Assembly: GCF_963921235.1 (NCBI RefSeq)
Contig: NC_086108.1
Span: 19,964,001-20,028,000 of the forward strand
Direction of reading: 5' to 3'
DNA from: Mobula hypostoma
Taxonomy: Eukaryota
Length of the DNA stretch: 64,000 bases
Below are positions 41,167 to 53,284 of the stretch, piece after piece. Under the pieces are notes generated by a model, which searched no databases, was not told where the DNA came from, and saw nothing but the letters and a program-made list of their open reading frames with translations. Position 1 is the stretch's first letter. Every line of letters starts with the position of its first letter. The translations under genes and the position numbers were made by a program.

Positions 41167-41268
41167 TTAATCCATAGTAGTGCAGAGACGAGGTTGATAC
41201 TGTATCTGATGAAAAGCCAGCTCAGTTAGGAATGGCAGCACGTGGTCTATATGTTTGCTGTTGAACAG
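41167..41268 (-). CDS. CENPL: CENPL last coding exon (LFNSKHIDHVLPFLTELAFHQIQYQPRLCTTMD*)
   Basis: cctcctgcag| acceptor, phase 0. VLxxLTELA motif resembles the CENP-L C-terminus; TAA at 41169-41167. Confidence 0.88.
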   Translation of the reverse strand: MFNSKHIDHVLPFLTELAFHQIQYQPRLCTTMD

Positions 41269-41850
41269 CTGCAGGAGGAGGTAAAAATTAGCACTCGATA
41301 AACCAAGTAATTCCATTGCTTACACCAAGGTTTGTAAACATTTTTTAAAACATGCTTATTCTGTTTCCACCATTCCATTTTTTCCCACCCAAATTATTAT
41401 CACCTAATTTTCAGATTCAACAGTAAAACTATGAAAATAGACAAGCAAAAATTTACTCCAGATACCCCTTTCAATCCACAAACAATGCACATCCTTTGGT
41501 TCCTAAACATTTTAATTCTCTCTGCTCCCTGTGACACCTTTATATTCTGCACCCTCTCTGTTGGATTCAGAGTCAAACCAGGCAGCACAGAAGTGCTATG
41601 GTTGACTCGGCTTAAGGAAATGACTTGTGTATATAGCAGGCTAATAAGCATGGTTCTTAGAAGATACTCTCTCTCAAGAAAAAAGTTTGTTGTTCTGACG
41701 AGTATATTCAACGTTTTAAATCCATTTGCTGTTGCTGTTCAAAATATTTTTGTATTTTTTTTATTTATTAGAAAGAACAGCATTTCTAAGCTTCCTTTTC
41801 AAATGTAAGGCTTCAACAAATGCACATTTTCTTAGGACCCTTGCGAGATA

Positions 41851-43577
41851 AGTTGGAAAAGTGTGTATGGAACCGGAGGAAATAGCGAAGGTACTTAATG
41901 AATACTTTCCTTCAGTATTCACTACGGAAAAGGATCTTGGCGATTGTAGGGATGACTTGCAGTGCACTGAAAAGCTTGAGAATGTAGGTATTAAGAAAGA
42001 GGACGTGCTGGAGCTTTTGGAAAGCATCAAGTTGGATAAGTCACCGGGATCGGACGGGATGTACCCCAGGCTACTGTGAGAAGCAAGGGAAGAAATTGCT
42101 GAGCCTCTGGCAATGATCTTTGTATCATCAATGAGGACGGGAGAGGTTCCGAGGATTGGAGGGTTGCGGATGTTGTTCCCTTATTTAAGAAAGGAAGTAG
42201 AGGTAGCCCAGGAAGTTATAGACCAGTGAGTCTTACTTCAACGGTTGGTAAGTTGATGGAGAAGATCCTGAGAGGCAGAATTTATGAACATTTGGAGAGG
42301 CATAATATGATTAGGAATAGTCAGCATTGCTTTGTCAAAGGCAGGTCGTGCCTTACGAGCCTGAGTGAATTTTTTGAGTATGTGACTAAGCACATTGATG
42401 AAGGTAGAGCCGTAGATGTAGTTTATATGGATTTCAGCAAGGCATTTGATAAGGTACCCCAGACAAGGCTTATTGAGAAAGTAAGGAGGCATGGGATCCA
42501 AGGGGATATTGCTTCGTGGATCCAGAACTGGCTTGCCCACACAAGGCAAAGAGTGGTTGTAGACGGGTCATATTTTGCATGGAGGCCGGTGACCAGTGGT
42601 GTGCCTCAGGGCTCTGTTCTGGGACCCCTTCTCTTTGTGATTTTTATAAATGTCCTGGATGAGGAAGTGGAGGGTTGGATTAGTAAATTTGCTGATGACA
42701 CAAAGGTTGGGGGTGTTGTGAATAGTGTGTTGGGCTGTCAGATGTTACAACAGACATTGATAGGATGCAAAACTGGGCTGAGAAGTGGCAGATGAAGTTC
42801 AACCCAGATGGTTCATTTTGGTAGTTCAAATATGATGGCAGAATATAGTATTAATGGTAAGACGCTTGGCAGTGTGGAGGATCAGAGGGATCTTGGGGTC
42901 CAAGTCCATAAGACACTTAAAGCTACCACGCAGGTTGACTCTGGTTAAGAGGGCATACGATGCATTGGCCTTCAGTCGTGGGATTGAGCTTAAGAGCAGA
43001 GAGGTAATGTTGCAGCTATGTAGGACTCTGGTCAGACCCCATTTGGAGTACTGTGCTCAGTTCTGGTCGCCTCACTCTGGGAAGGATGTGGAAACCATAG
43101 AAGGGGTGCAGAGAAGATTTATAAGGATGTTGCCTGGATTGGGGGGCATGCCTTATGAGAATAGGTTGAGTGAACTTGGCCTTTTCTCCTTGGAGCGATG
43201 GAGGATGAGAGGTAACCTGATAGAGGTGTACAAGATAATGAGAGGCATTGATAGTGTGGGCAGTCAGAGGCTTTTCCCCAGGGCTGAATTGGCTAGCATG
43301 AGAGGGCATAGTTTTAACATGCTTGGAAGTAGGTACAGAGGAGATGTCAGGGGTAAGTTTTTTTTTTTACGCAGAGAGTGATGAGTGCGTGGAATGGGCT
43401 GCTGGCGGCGGCGGTGAAGGCGTTAACGATAGGGCCTTTTAAGAGACTCTGGATGGCTAAATGGAGCTTAGAAAAATAGAGGGCTATAGGTAGAGCCTAA
43501 GTGGTTCTAAGGTAGGGACATGTTTGGCACAGCTTTGTGGGCCAAAGGGCCTCTATTGTGCTTTCTAGGTTTCTATA
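41851..43577 (+). mobile_element. 5'-truncated CR1 LINE in the last CENPL intron (antisense)
   Basis: RT ORFs 42226-42795 and 42854-43381; ttctaggtttctat tail. Confidence 0.93.
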
Positions 43578-43654
43578 AATCAACATTAACCAAGAAATCG
43601 AGATTAGTGCAACAGAATTTCAAAGAGTTTAAAAGTGAGCAGAGTTGAAAAGGC

Positions 43655-43772
43655 AAACAACAGGAATTCTGCAGATGCTGGAAATTCAAGCAACATACAT
43701 CAAAGTTGCTGGTGAACGCAGCAGGCCAAGCAGCATCTATAGGAAGAGGCGCAGTTGACGTTTCAGGCCGAG
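43655..43772 (-). mobile_element. Truncated Penelope-like terminal repeat containing half a hammerhead
   Basis: Near-identical to 51254-51371, and stops inside hammerhead stem II. Confidence 0.75.
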
Positions 43773-46700
43773 GCGACGGTTATTTCTTCAGCGGTTTGAA
43801 TGGGGCACAACTGCACAAGCGATGGAGGTCGGCCAGTGAGAACAGCGGGAAGAGTTTAAAAGGAAGACAGATTTATAGAGCGGTCGTTGGAGTGGGTGAC
43901 AGTAGTGGGAGACAGAGTAGGAAGGCTTTGGCTCAACGGGGCTTAGGCAATAAGGGGTTGAGGCCAGGTAGGTTATCTGTTTGAAATAAAAAAACAAAGT
44001 ATGTGTGTGAGGCCGGACGACCACATCTGCACCAGGTGCGTTGAACTGCAGCTCGATGACCTTCGTCCAGTCAGGGAGAGTGAGGAGGTGATAGAGAGGA
44101 GCTATAGGCAGGTAGTCGCCCTGGGACCGCAGGAGACTGAGAAGTGGGTAACAGTCAGGAGAGGGAAGGGCAAGAAGCAGGTACTAGAGAGTACCCCAAT
44201 GGCGGTCTCCCTTAACAATAAGTATTCCTGCTTGAGTACTGTTGGGGGGAACGGCCTACCTGGGGGAAGCAACAGTGGTCGCGTCTCTGGCACAGAGTCT
44301 GGCCCTGTGGCTCAGAAGAATGGGGAAAGGAAGAGGATGGCAGCAGTGATAGGGGACTCTATAGTTAGGGGGTCAGAAAGGCGATTCTGTGGACGCAGGA
44401 AAGAAACGTGGATGGTAATTTGCCTCCCAGGTGCCAGGGGTCTGGGATGTTTCTGATTGCATCCATAATATCTCGAAGTGGGAAGGAGAACAGCCAGAGA
44501 TCGTAGTACATATTGGTACCAACGACATAGGTAGGAAAAGGGAGGAGGTCCTGAAAACAGGTTACAGGGAGTCAGGAAAGAAGTTGAGAAGCAGGACCTC
44601 AAAGGTAGAAATCTCGGTATTACTGCCTGTGCCACGCGACAGTGAGTACAGGAATAGAATGAGGTGGAGGATAAATGCGTGGCTGAGGGATTGGAGCAGG
44701 GGCAGGGATTCAGATTTCTGGATCATTGGGACCTCCTCTGGGGCAGGTGTGACCTGTACAAAAAGGGCGGGTTGTGCTTGAATCCCAGGGGAACCAATAT
44801 CCTGGCGGGAAGGTTTGCTAAGGCTATTGGGGAGAGTTTAAACTAGAACTGCTGGGGGGTGGGAACCGAACTGAAGTGACGGAGGAAAGGGAAGTTGGCT
44901 TACAAATAGAGGAGACAGTGTGAAAGGGAGGATAGGCAGGTGATAGAGGAGGGACGTGCTGAGTCTGATGGTTTGAGATATGTCTCTTTTAATGCGAGGA
45001 GTATCATGAATAAAACGGATGAGTTTAGAGCGTGGACCAGAACTTTGGCCATTACAGAGACTTGGATGGTGCAGGGGCAGGAATGGCTACTTCAAGTGCC
45101 AGCTTTAGATGTTTCAGAAAGGATAGGGAGGGAGGCAGAAGAGGTGGGAGCATGGCACTGTTGATGAGAGATAGTGTCACGGCTGCAGAAAAGGAGGAAG
45201 TCATGGAGGGGTTCTCTACAGAGTCTGTGGGTGGAAGTCAGGAGTAGGAAGGGGTCAATAACTCTACTGGGTGTTTTTTATAGACCACCCAATAGTAACA
45301 GGGACATCGAGGAGCAGATAGGGAGACAGATTCTGGAAAGGAGTAATAATAACAGGGTTGTTGTAGTGGGAGATTTTAATTTCCCAAATATTGATTGACA
45401 TCTCCCTAGAGTGAGGGGTTCAGATGGGGTAGAGTTTGTTAGGTGTGTTCAGGAAGGTTTCTTGACACAATATGTAGATAAGCATACAAGAGGAGAGGCT
45501 GTACTTGATCTGGTATTGGGAAATTAACCTGGTCAGGTCTCTCAGTGGGAGAGCATTTCGGAGATAGTGATCACAATTCTATCTCCTTTACCATAGCATT
45601 GGAGAGGGATAGGAACAGACAAGTTAAGGAAACTTTTAATTGGAGTAAGGGGAAATATGAGACTATCAGGCAGGAACTTGGAAGCATAGATTGGAAACAG
45701 ATGTTCTCAGGGAAATGTTTGGAAGAAATATGGCAAATATTCAGGGGATATTTGCGTGGGGTTCTGAGTAGGTACGTTCCAATGAAACATAGAAAGGATG
45801 GTAGGGTACAAGATCTGTGGTGTACAAAGGCTGTTGTAAATCCAGTCAAGAAGAAAAGAAGAGCTTACGAAATGTTCAAAAAACTAGGTAAGTTAGGATA
45901 GGAATCTAGAAGATTATAAGGCTAGCAGGAAGGAGCTTAAGAATGAAATTAGGAGAGCCAGAAGGGGTCATGAGAAGGAATTGGCGGACAGGATTAAGGA
46001 AAACCCCAAGGCATTCTACAAGTATATGAAGAGCAAGAAGATAAGACGTGAGAGAATAGGACCAATCAAGTGTGAGAGTGGAAAAGTGTGTACGGAACTG
46101 AAGGAAATAGCAGAAGTAAACATAGAAACATAGAAAATAGGTGCAGGAGTAGGCCATTCGGCCCTTCAAGCCTACACCGCCATTTATTATGATCATGGCT
46201 GATCATCCAACTCAGAACCCTGCCCCAGCCTTCCCTCCATACCCCCTGACCCCCATAGCCACAAGGGCCATATCTAACTCCCTCTCAAATATAGCCAATG
46301 AACTGGCCTCAACTGTTTCCTGTGGCAGAGAATTCCACAGATTCACCACTCTCTGTGTGAAGAAGTTTTTCCTAATCTCGGTCCTAAAAGGCTTCCCCTT
46401 TATCCTCAAACTGTGACCCCTCGTTCTGGACTTCCCCAACATCGGGAACAATCTTCCTGCATCTAGCCTGTCCAATCCCTTTAGGATCTTATACGTTTCA
46501 ATCAGATCCCCCCTCAATCTTCTAAATTCCAACGAGTCCAAGCCCAGTTCATCCAGTCTTTCTTCATATGAAAGTCCTGCCATCCCAGGAATCAATCTGG
46601 TGAACCTTCTTTGTACTCCCTCTATGGCAAGGATGTCTTTCCTCAGATTAGGAGCCCTTTGTCCTCCTCTGCTGAACTCTGAATTTCTCCCAGTCCTCAG

Positions 46701-48416
46701 GTGAGTTACTTTCTCTGGCTAATTTGTATGCTTCTTCTTTGAAATTGATACTATCATTAAGTATTGTACTTAATGAATAGAGTATTCACTATGGAAAAGG
46801 ATCTTGGCGATTGTAGGGATGACATGCAGTGGACTGAAAAGCTTGACAATGTAGATATCAAGACAGAGGATGGTGCTGGATCTTTTGGAAAGCATCAAGT
46901 TGGATAAGTCACCGGGACCGGACGGGATGTACCCCAGGCTACTGTGGGTAGTGAGGGAGGAGAATGCTGAGCCTCTGGCAAAGATCTTTGCATCATTAGT
47001 GAGGACTGGAGAGGTTCCGGAGGATTGAAGGGGTGCAGATGTTGTTCCCTTATTCAAGAAAGGGAGTAGGGATAGCCTGAGAAATTATAGGCCAGTGAGT
47101 CTCTCTTCAGTGGTTGGTAAATTGATGAAGATGATCCTGAGAGGCAGGATTTATGAACATTTGGAGAGGCATAATATGATTAGGAATAGTCAGCATATCT
47201 TTGTCAAAGGCAGGTCGTGCCTTACAAGCCTGACTGAATATTGAGGACGTGTCTAAACACGTTGATGAAGGTGGAGCCGTAGATGCAGTGTATATGGACT
47301 TTAGCAAGTCATTTGATGAGGTACCCTATGCAAGGCTTATTGAGAAAGTAAGGAGGCATGGGAGGCATAGGATCCGAGGGGGACATTGCTTTGTGGATCC
47401 AGAACTGACTTGCACACAGAAGGCAAAGAGTGGTTGTAGACAGGTCATATTCTGCATGTAGGCCGGTGACCAGTGGTGTGCCTCACAGGGATCTGTTCTG
47501 GGACCCCTTCTCTTTGTGATTTTTATAAATGACCTGGATGAGGAAGTGGAGGGTTGGGTTAGTAAATTTGCTGATGACACAAAAGTTGGATGTATTGTGG
47601 ATAGTGTGGAGGGCTGTCAGAGGTTACAACGGGACATTGATAGGATGCAGAACTGGGCTGAGAAGTGGCAGATGGAGTTTAACCCAGATAAGTGAGGTGG
47701 TTCATTTTGGTAGCGTGGAGGATCAGAGGGATCTTGGGGTCCGAGTCCATAGGACACTCAAAGCTGCTACGCAGGTTGACTCTGTAGTTAAGAAGGCATA
47801 CGGTGCATTGGCCTTCATCAATCGTGGGATTGAGTTTGAGAGCCGAGAGGTAATGTTGCAGCTATGTAGGACCCTGGTCAGACCCCACTTGGAGTACTGT
47901 GCTCAATTCTGGTCGCCTCACTACAGGAAGGACGTGGAAACCATAGAAAGGGTGCAGAGGAGATTTACAAGGATGTTGCCTGGATTGGGGAGCATGCCTT
48001 ATGAGAATAGGTTGAGTGAACTTGGCCTTTTCTCCTTGGAGTGATGGAGGATGAGAGGTGACATGATAGAGGTGTACAAGATAATGAGAGGCATTGATTG
48101 TGTGGATACTCAGAGGCTTTTTCCCAGGGCTGAAATGGCTAGCACAAGAGGGCATAGTTTAAAGGTGCTTGTTAGTAGGTACAGAGGAGATATCAGGGGT
48201 AAGTGTTTTTTACGCAGAGAATGATGAATGTGTGGAATGGACTGCCAGCGACGGTGGAGGCGGAAAGGATAGGGTCTTTTAAGAAACTGCTGGATGGCTA
48301 CATGGAGCGTAGAAAAATACAGGGCTATGGGTAAAGCCTAGGTCTAAGGTGGGGACATGTTCGGCACAGCTTTATGGGCTGAAGGGCTTGTATTGTGCTG
48401 TATATTTTCTATGGTT
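43773..48416 (+). mobile_element. Near full-length, decayed CR1 LINE (5' UTR, ORF1 zinc finger/esterase, ORF2 endonuclease-RT)
   Basis: ORF1 motifs CTRC, GDSI and GTND; ORF2 motifs NARSI, GDFN, SDH and FADD. Multiple frameshifts; interrupted at 46118-46766. Confidence 0.93.
46118..46755 (-). mobile_element. Young CR1 3' fragment inserted inverted in an older CR1
   Basis: Near-identical reverse complement of 13862-14392 joined directly to 12380-12482. Confidence 0.93.
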
Positions 48417-49302
48417 CAAAGGGGCAAACAACTCCACTATACAAATTTATATTAAGGTTGCATTTTTACAATTACAGCTGCTGACAAAATAGGTGTAGAA
48501 ACCCTAGAGGTGGTGCTTAGTAGAGAACCCACTTGCTTCCTATAGCACAGAAACACTGATAATTTATCTAAGAATAGTAATTATTATATATCCTAGTTTA
48601 AAACTGTTAGCAGGGATCCTAAAGAGATGTTACATACATTTATTATATAAGGGTTTATAATTAAAAAAAAAGGATATAATATGACCTTAGGAAGCCATGA
48701 ATTTCCTCAAGCAGCAAACAAACTTTCATCGATGGATTAAAATAGCATTGATCCCAACATTACCCAGTATAAAAGTTGTGTACTATTTCATGGTGTTGTC
48801 AACCAAGAATTGGTCATTAAGCAACTTGAGTAAATTTTCCTTCTTTATCAAGTAGGCCAATAAGCATACATACATACTGAGTTGAAAAATGAAATAACCA
48901 AAGCTAGCAGGGATGAATGGATAGCTCGTACATGACTACAACTCAGTATTTATACAGTATTCCTATATTGCAGCAATGACAACATTAAAAACAATTCTAC
49001 AATGCTAACTTTCCACTCTTGGATCAGAAACCAATAGCTGCAAAATCCGTATATATTCCCCAGTCAGAACCTACTGCAGAAATTTATCTGAATGCAATTT
49101 CCAGATTCTTTCAGCTCCTAGAGCTGTACACTGCTGAAAACAGAATAACTTATCTTTTTAATTCACAACTCACTTTCCCTTGCCCATCCCCACACTATCT
49201 CCTCAAATCCAGAAGATTAATTACACATACAAGATTCTCCTCAATATACTGTAGTTAATACTGCACAAGTTACATTTTAAATCAGTGTTAACTGTTCCTC
49301 AC

Positions 49303-49839
49303 CTTTAATTTTCCATCACAGTGAGCAGATGCAATGCCTGTTGTTACCTTTACTAGGTGTGTAGCTGCAAGCCGCACCCCAAAATGCCTGTAGAAATGTG
49401 AATGAAGGCTGCTCATGAATAAATCCACTTCTTCTATGGTGATTTCATCCTCATCTCCATGGATACTGTCCCACAAAGCCTTAGCATCCTCTGGGTGAAT
49501 ACTCAGTGAAATGGTCAGTTGCACAGGGGGCACAGACCATTCTAGTTCCATTACACGATGGATACAGTCAGAAAAACAATTGGCCCACATGGCAGCCATC
49601 CAGGTCAAGTTCTCAGAACTGATAGGGAACGCACTGATGTAACAGTCAAATGTTTTCTGCAACCATTCTCCAACAATAGCTGTTACTGTTTCAGGGCCAT
49701 TGGCAAAAAGCAAGGGCAAACAGGTGAATTCCACAGGGAGAGATGCCAAGAAGCCCAGGTCTCCATCAACACAGCATAGCCACCCAGACCAGACCACCTT
49801 TTCATCAGATGATTGTTGGACTGGAGTCTTTGATGTTAT
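49303..49839 (-). CDS. CENPL: CENPL large coding exon (ITSK...WLQKTFDC...WMAAMW...IHPEDAKALWDS...ASAHCDGKLK)
   Basis: ORF 49288..49797 carries CENP-L motifs. aacag| acceptor, |gtgagg donor, 537 nt, phase 0. Confidence 0.95.
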
Positions 49840-51253
49840 CTGTTAGAAAGCAGAAAAACACAAGTTCAGATATTAATTTATTTCCCTTTGTCCTTACTCC
49901 TACAAAATTTTGTACAAGACTCATTCTAAAATAATTTGGTCAGTGGTCATTCCATATGTACTGAAATACACAATATTTGGACAATATGTAACTTAATTAT
50001 TCTAAAGAGAAATGGAGCCTTGTTAATCTCTAGGGATGCAGAAGCCAATAATTTTATCCTATCCAGTGGGGATAAGAATAATAGAATGACTTGGCAGATG
50101 AACTGTATTAGGGAGAAAGGTTTCAGATTCTGGGTCATTGGGATCTCTTCAAGGGAAACTATAACCTGTACAAAGAGATGGAGAACCCGAGGGAGACCAA
50201 TATGATTGCAGGCAGGTTTGCCAGAGCTGTTGGGGAGGATTTAAAGTAGTTTGGCAGTGGGATAGCAACCAAAGTCATGGACCTGGGAATAGTCAGGCCA
50301 CATGGAGTATTGTCAAAAGTTTTGGGCCCCATATCTCAGAAAGGATGTGTTGTCATTGGAGAGAGTCCAGAGGAGGTTCACGAGGATGATTCTGGGAATG
50401 AAGGGGTTAACATGAGGAGTGATTAGCAGTTTTGGGCCTGTACTCACTGAAATTTAGAAAAATTGGTGGGGATTTCATTGAAACCTACCAAATGTTGAAA
50501 GGATTAGATAGGGCGGATGTGAAAAGGATGTTTCCTGTGGTGGGGGTATCAGAACTAGAAAGCACAACCTCAAAATTGAGGGGCAACCTTATAGAACAGA
50601 AGGAGAATTTATTTTAGCCAGAGAATAGTGAATCTGTGGAATGCTCTGTCACAGACTGCAGTGGAGGCCACATCCGTGGGTATATTTGAGGCGGAAGTTG
50701 ACCGTTTCCTGGTTGGTCAGAGCATCGAAGGATATGGCGAGAAGGTAGGTGTACGTGGTTAAGTAGGAACTGGGATCAGCCATGATAGAATGGTGGAGCA
50801 GATTCAATGGGCTGAAAGGCCTAATTCTGCTCCTATGTCTTATGGACACAGGGTTGATGCAGTGTGTAGAGACTGAGCAATGGATAGGACATAATGGCAG
50901 TCAGTTGGATGGGTTGAAATGTGTCCATTTTAATGAAAGAAACAGCATGAATAAGGGTGATGAACTTAGAGCATGGGGTCTGTAAATGGAACAAGGACAT
51001 TTGCGCCAGTAGAAACATGGTCGTCATAAGGGCAGGAATGGCTGCTTGATGTTCCAGGATTTAGATGTTTCAAGAGGCACAGGGTGGGAGGTAAGAGGTA
51101 AGGAAGTGGCATTATTAATCAAGGAGTGTATCACAGCTGCAGAAAAGGAGCAATCATTCTATTGGGAGTATTCTATAGACACTCCCCTCCCATAGCAGGA
51201 GACACTGTGAAGATTGGGAGATAGATTTTGGAAAGATGCAAAAATAACAGGGT

Positions 51254-51499
51254 AAACAACAGGAATTCTGCAAATGCTGGAAATTCAAGCAACACACACA
51301 AAAGTTGCTGGTGAACGCAGCAGGCCAGGCAGCATCTCTAGGAAGAGGTGCAGTCGACGTTTCAGGCCGAGACCCTTCGTCAGGACTAACTGATGGAAGA
51401 GTGAGTTGGGATTTGAAAGTTGGAGGGGGAGGGGGAGATCCAAAATGATAGGAGAAGACAGGAGGGGGAGGGATGGAGCCAAGAGCTGGACAGGTGAAT
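51254..51499 (-). mobile_element. Penelope-like terminal repeat / non-autonomous retroelement carrying a hammerhead
   Basis: TSD aataacagggt at 51243-51253 and 51500-51510; contains a hammerhead core. Confidence 0.8.
51352..51387 (-). ncRNA. Minimal type I hammerhead ribozyme
   Basis: AGUC-CUGACGA-AGG(GUCUCGG)CCU-GAAACGUC^GACU: complete core, stem I AGUC/GACU, palindromic ACGU stem III. Confidence 0.75.
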
Positions 51500-51883
51500 A
51501 ATAACAGGGTCATTGTCACTATCCTACCCTAGTCAAGAGATGCAGTTGTTCAAATCAACCATCAGAATGTGATCGAAGTGACTTTGACCATGGATTGTTG
51601 GTGCCAGATAGGGTGGTTTGAGTACCTCAGAAACTACTGCTCTGGTATTTTCACATGCAACACATTCTCCACGGTTTACAGAGAATGATGCAAAAAGAAA
51701 AAACATCCAGTGAGTGGCAGTTCTGTGGGCGATATATCTTGTTAATGAGAGAGGTTAGAAGAGAATGACCAGGCTGGTTTAAGCTAACAAGAAGGTGACA
51801 ATAACCATGTATTGCAACAGTGGTGTGCAGAAGAAGATCTTTGAATGCACAGTATGTCAAACCTTGAAGTGGATAGGCTACAA

Positions 51884-52647
51884 CAGGGGTCCCCAACCTT
51901 TTTTTGCACTGCGGACTGGTTTAATATTGACAAAATTCTTGCGGACTGGCCGACCGGGGGGGTGTTCAAGTAGGGTTAAACTCACCTCAACATGTCTTTT
52001 ACAGTTAGGGTTACCAACTTTCTCACTCCCAAATAAGGGACAAAAGCAGCAGTCAAATCCCAGGACACTTTACTCCAGGAAAGACTACCATGACCATGAA
52101 GCCTTGCGCAGGTACCTGTGTGCGCATGCGTGATGCGCACATGCCCATACGTGCTGATTTTTCCCCCCACAAATCGCCTTTGCCTTCATCTTCCCAACTA
52201 TACTGTACATACATTATTTCTACTTTATATAGGCTGTATTTTTATCATATCATTCCTGGTTTTACTATATGTTAGTGTTATTTATTTTCGGTTTTATGTG
52301 TTTTTGGTATGATCTGTTAGGTTATTTTTTTGGGTCTGGGAACGCTCAAAAATTTTTCCCATATAAATTAATGGTAATTGCTTCTTCACTTCATGCCATT
52401 TCGGCACGAAAGATTTCATAGGAACGCTCTACCTTAGCGGGGGAAATACGGGACAAGGGCAGTCCCGTATGGGACAAACCAATTTAGCCCAATATACGGG
52501 ATGTCCTGGCAAATACGGGACAGTTGGCAACCCTATGTTCAAGTTCAACAGTGCATGACAGGGAATGAGGAAAGGTGCAACTGACTCATATCATTTGCTC
52601 ACGGTCCGGTAGCATACGCTTTGCGGCCCGGTGGCTGGAGACCGCTG
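51884..52647. mobile_element. hAT (Charlie/Buster-like) non-autonomous element
   Basis: caggggtccccaacc...ggctggagaccgctg termini; 8-bp TSD ggctacaa at 51876-51883 and 52648-52655. Confidence 0.9.
51971..52535. mobile_element. hAT MITE nested in the Charlie-like element
   Basis: tagggtt...aacccta termini; 8-bp TSD tgttcaag at 51963-51970 and 52536-52543. Confidence 0.85.
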
Positions 52648-52680
52648 GGCTACAACAGCCAAAGACCATGGACATGCATA

Positions 52681-53222
52681 CAGTTGCAAGAAAAGGTTTG
52701 TGAACCCTTTGCAATTATCTGGTTTTCTGCATGAATTACTCATAGTAATTACTCCACAGTAAGAGAAACTGTCAAAAAAATGGAGGAAATTCAGTACTAC
52801 TCTCCCGAGGAGTGGGTGTCCTGCAAAGATCACACCAAGAGCACAACGTGCAATGCCAAATGAGGCGAAAAAGAACCCAAGGGTAACAGCAAAAGACTTG
52901 CAGAAATCTCTAAAACTTGCCAAAGTTTCTGTTCATGTAAGGATGCAACAGAGGAAACCACTGCTTTCCAAAAAAAAAATCCATGGTTTAAGGCTACTTT
53001 GCTGCCTCAGGTCATGTACAGTTTGCAATCATGGAGGGAACAATGAATTCAAAATTGTATCAAGACATTTTACAGGAGAATGTCAGGGTGGCGGTCCATT
53101 ACCTGAAGCTTAATAGAAGTTGGATGATGCAACAAGACAATGAGCTGAGACACATTTGATGGAGTAATTAATGCAAAAAACTAGGTAACTGCAAAGGATT
53201 TACATTTTTTTTCTTGCAACCA
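52681..53222 (+). mobile_element. Tc1 deletion derivative, same family as 628-1902
   Basis: Same TIRs (cagttgcaagaaaa...ttttcttgcaac); ORF 52853-53113 contains KKNPRVTAKDLQ. Confidence 0.88.
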
Positions 53223-53284
53223 TACACTCAGTGGCTACCTTATTGGGTATCTCTTATATTTAATAAAGTGGCCACTAAATGTGC

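Larger units (their letters stand above)
50040..51517 (+). mobile_element. Cluster of decayed CR1 fragments
   Basis: Remnants of the ORF1 end, the RT 3' end (ORF 50432-50617) and the endonuclease region. Confidence 0.7.
51518..53284. mobile_element. Tc1/mariner-derived non-autonomous element hosting nested transposons
   Basis: Ends in actcagtggctaccttatt...aataaagtggccact. Host sequence is continuous across the hAT insertion. Confidence 0.55.

Noticed and set aside
41851..48416. Tandem segmental duplication of one CR1
   Set aside because: The two copies have independent substitutions and deletions and different flanks, so separate insertions of one subfamily are more likely.
49072..49134. 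Possible alternative CENPL terminal exon (ttttcag acceptor then a short ORF ending in TAG)
   Set aside because: It has no similarity to the CENP-L C-terminus, which is better explained by 41167-41268, and there is no transcript evidence.
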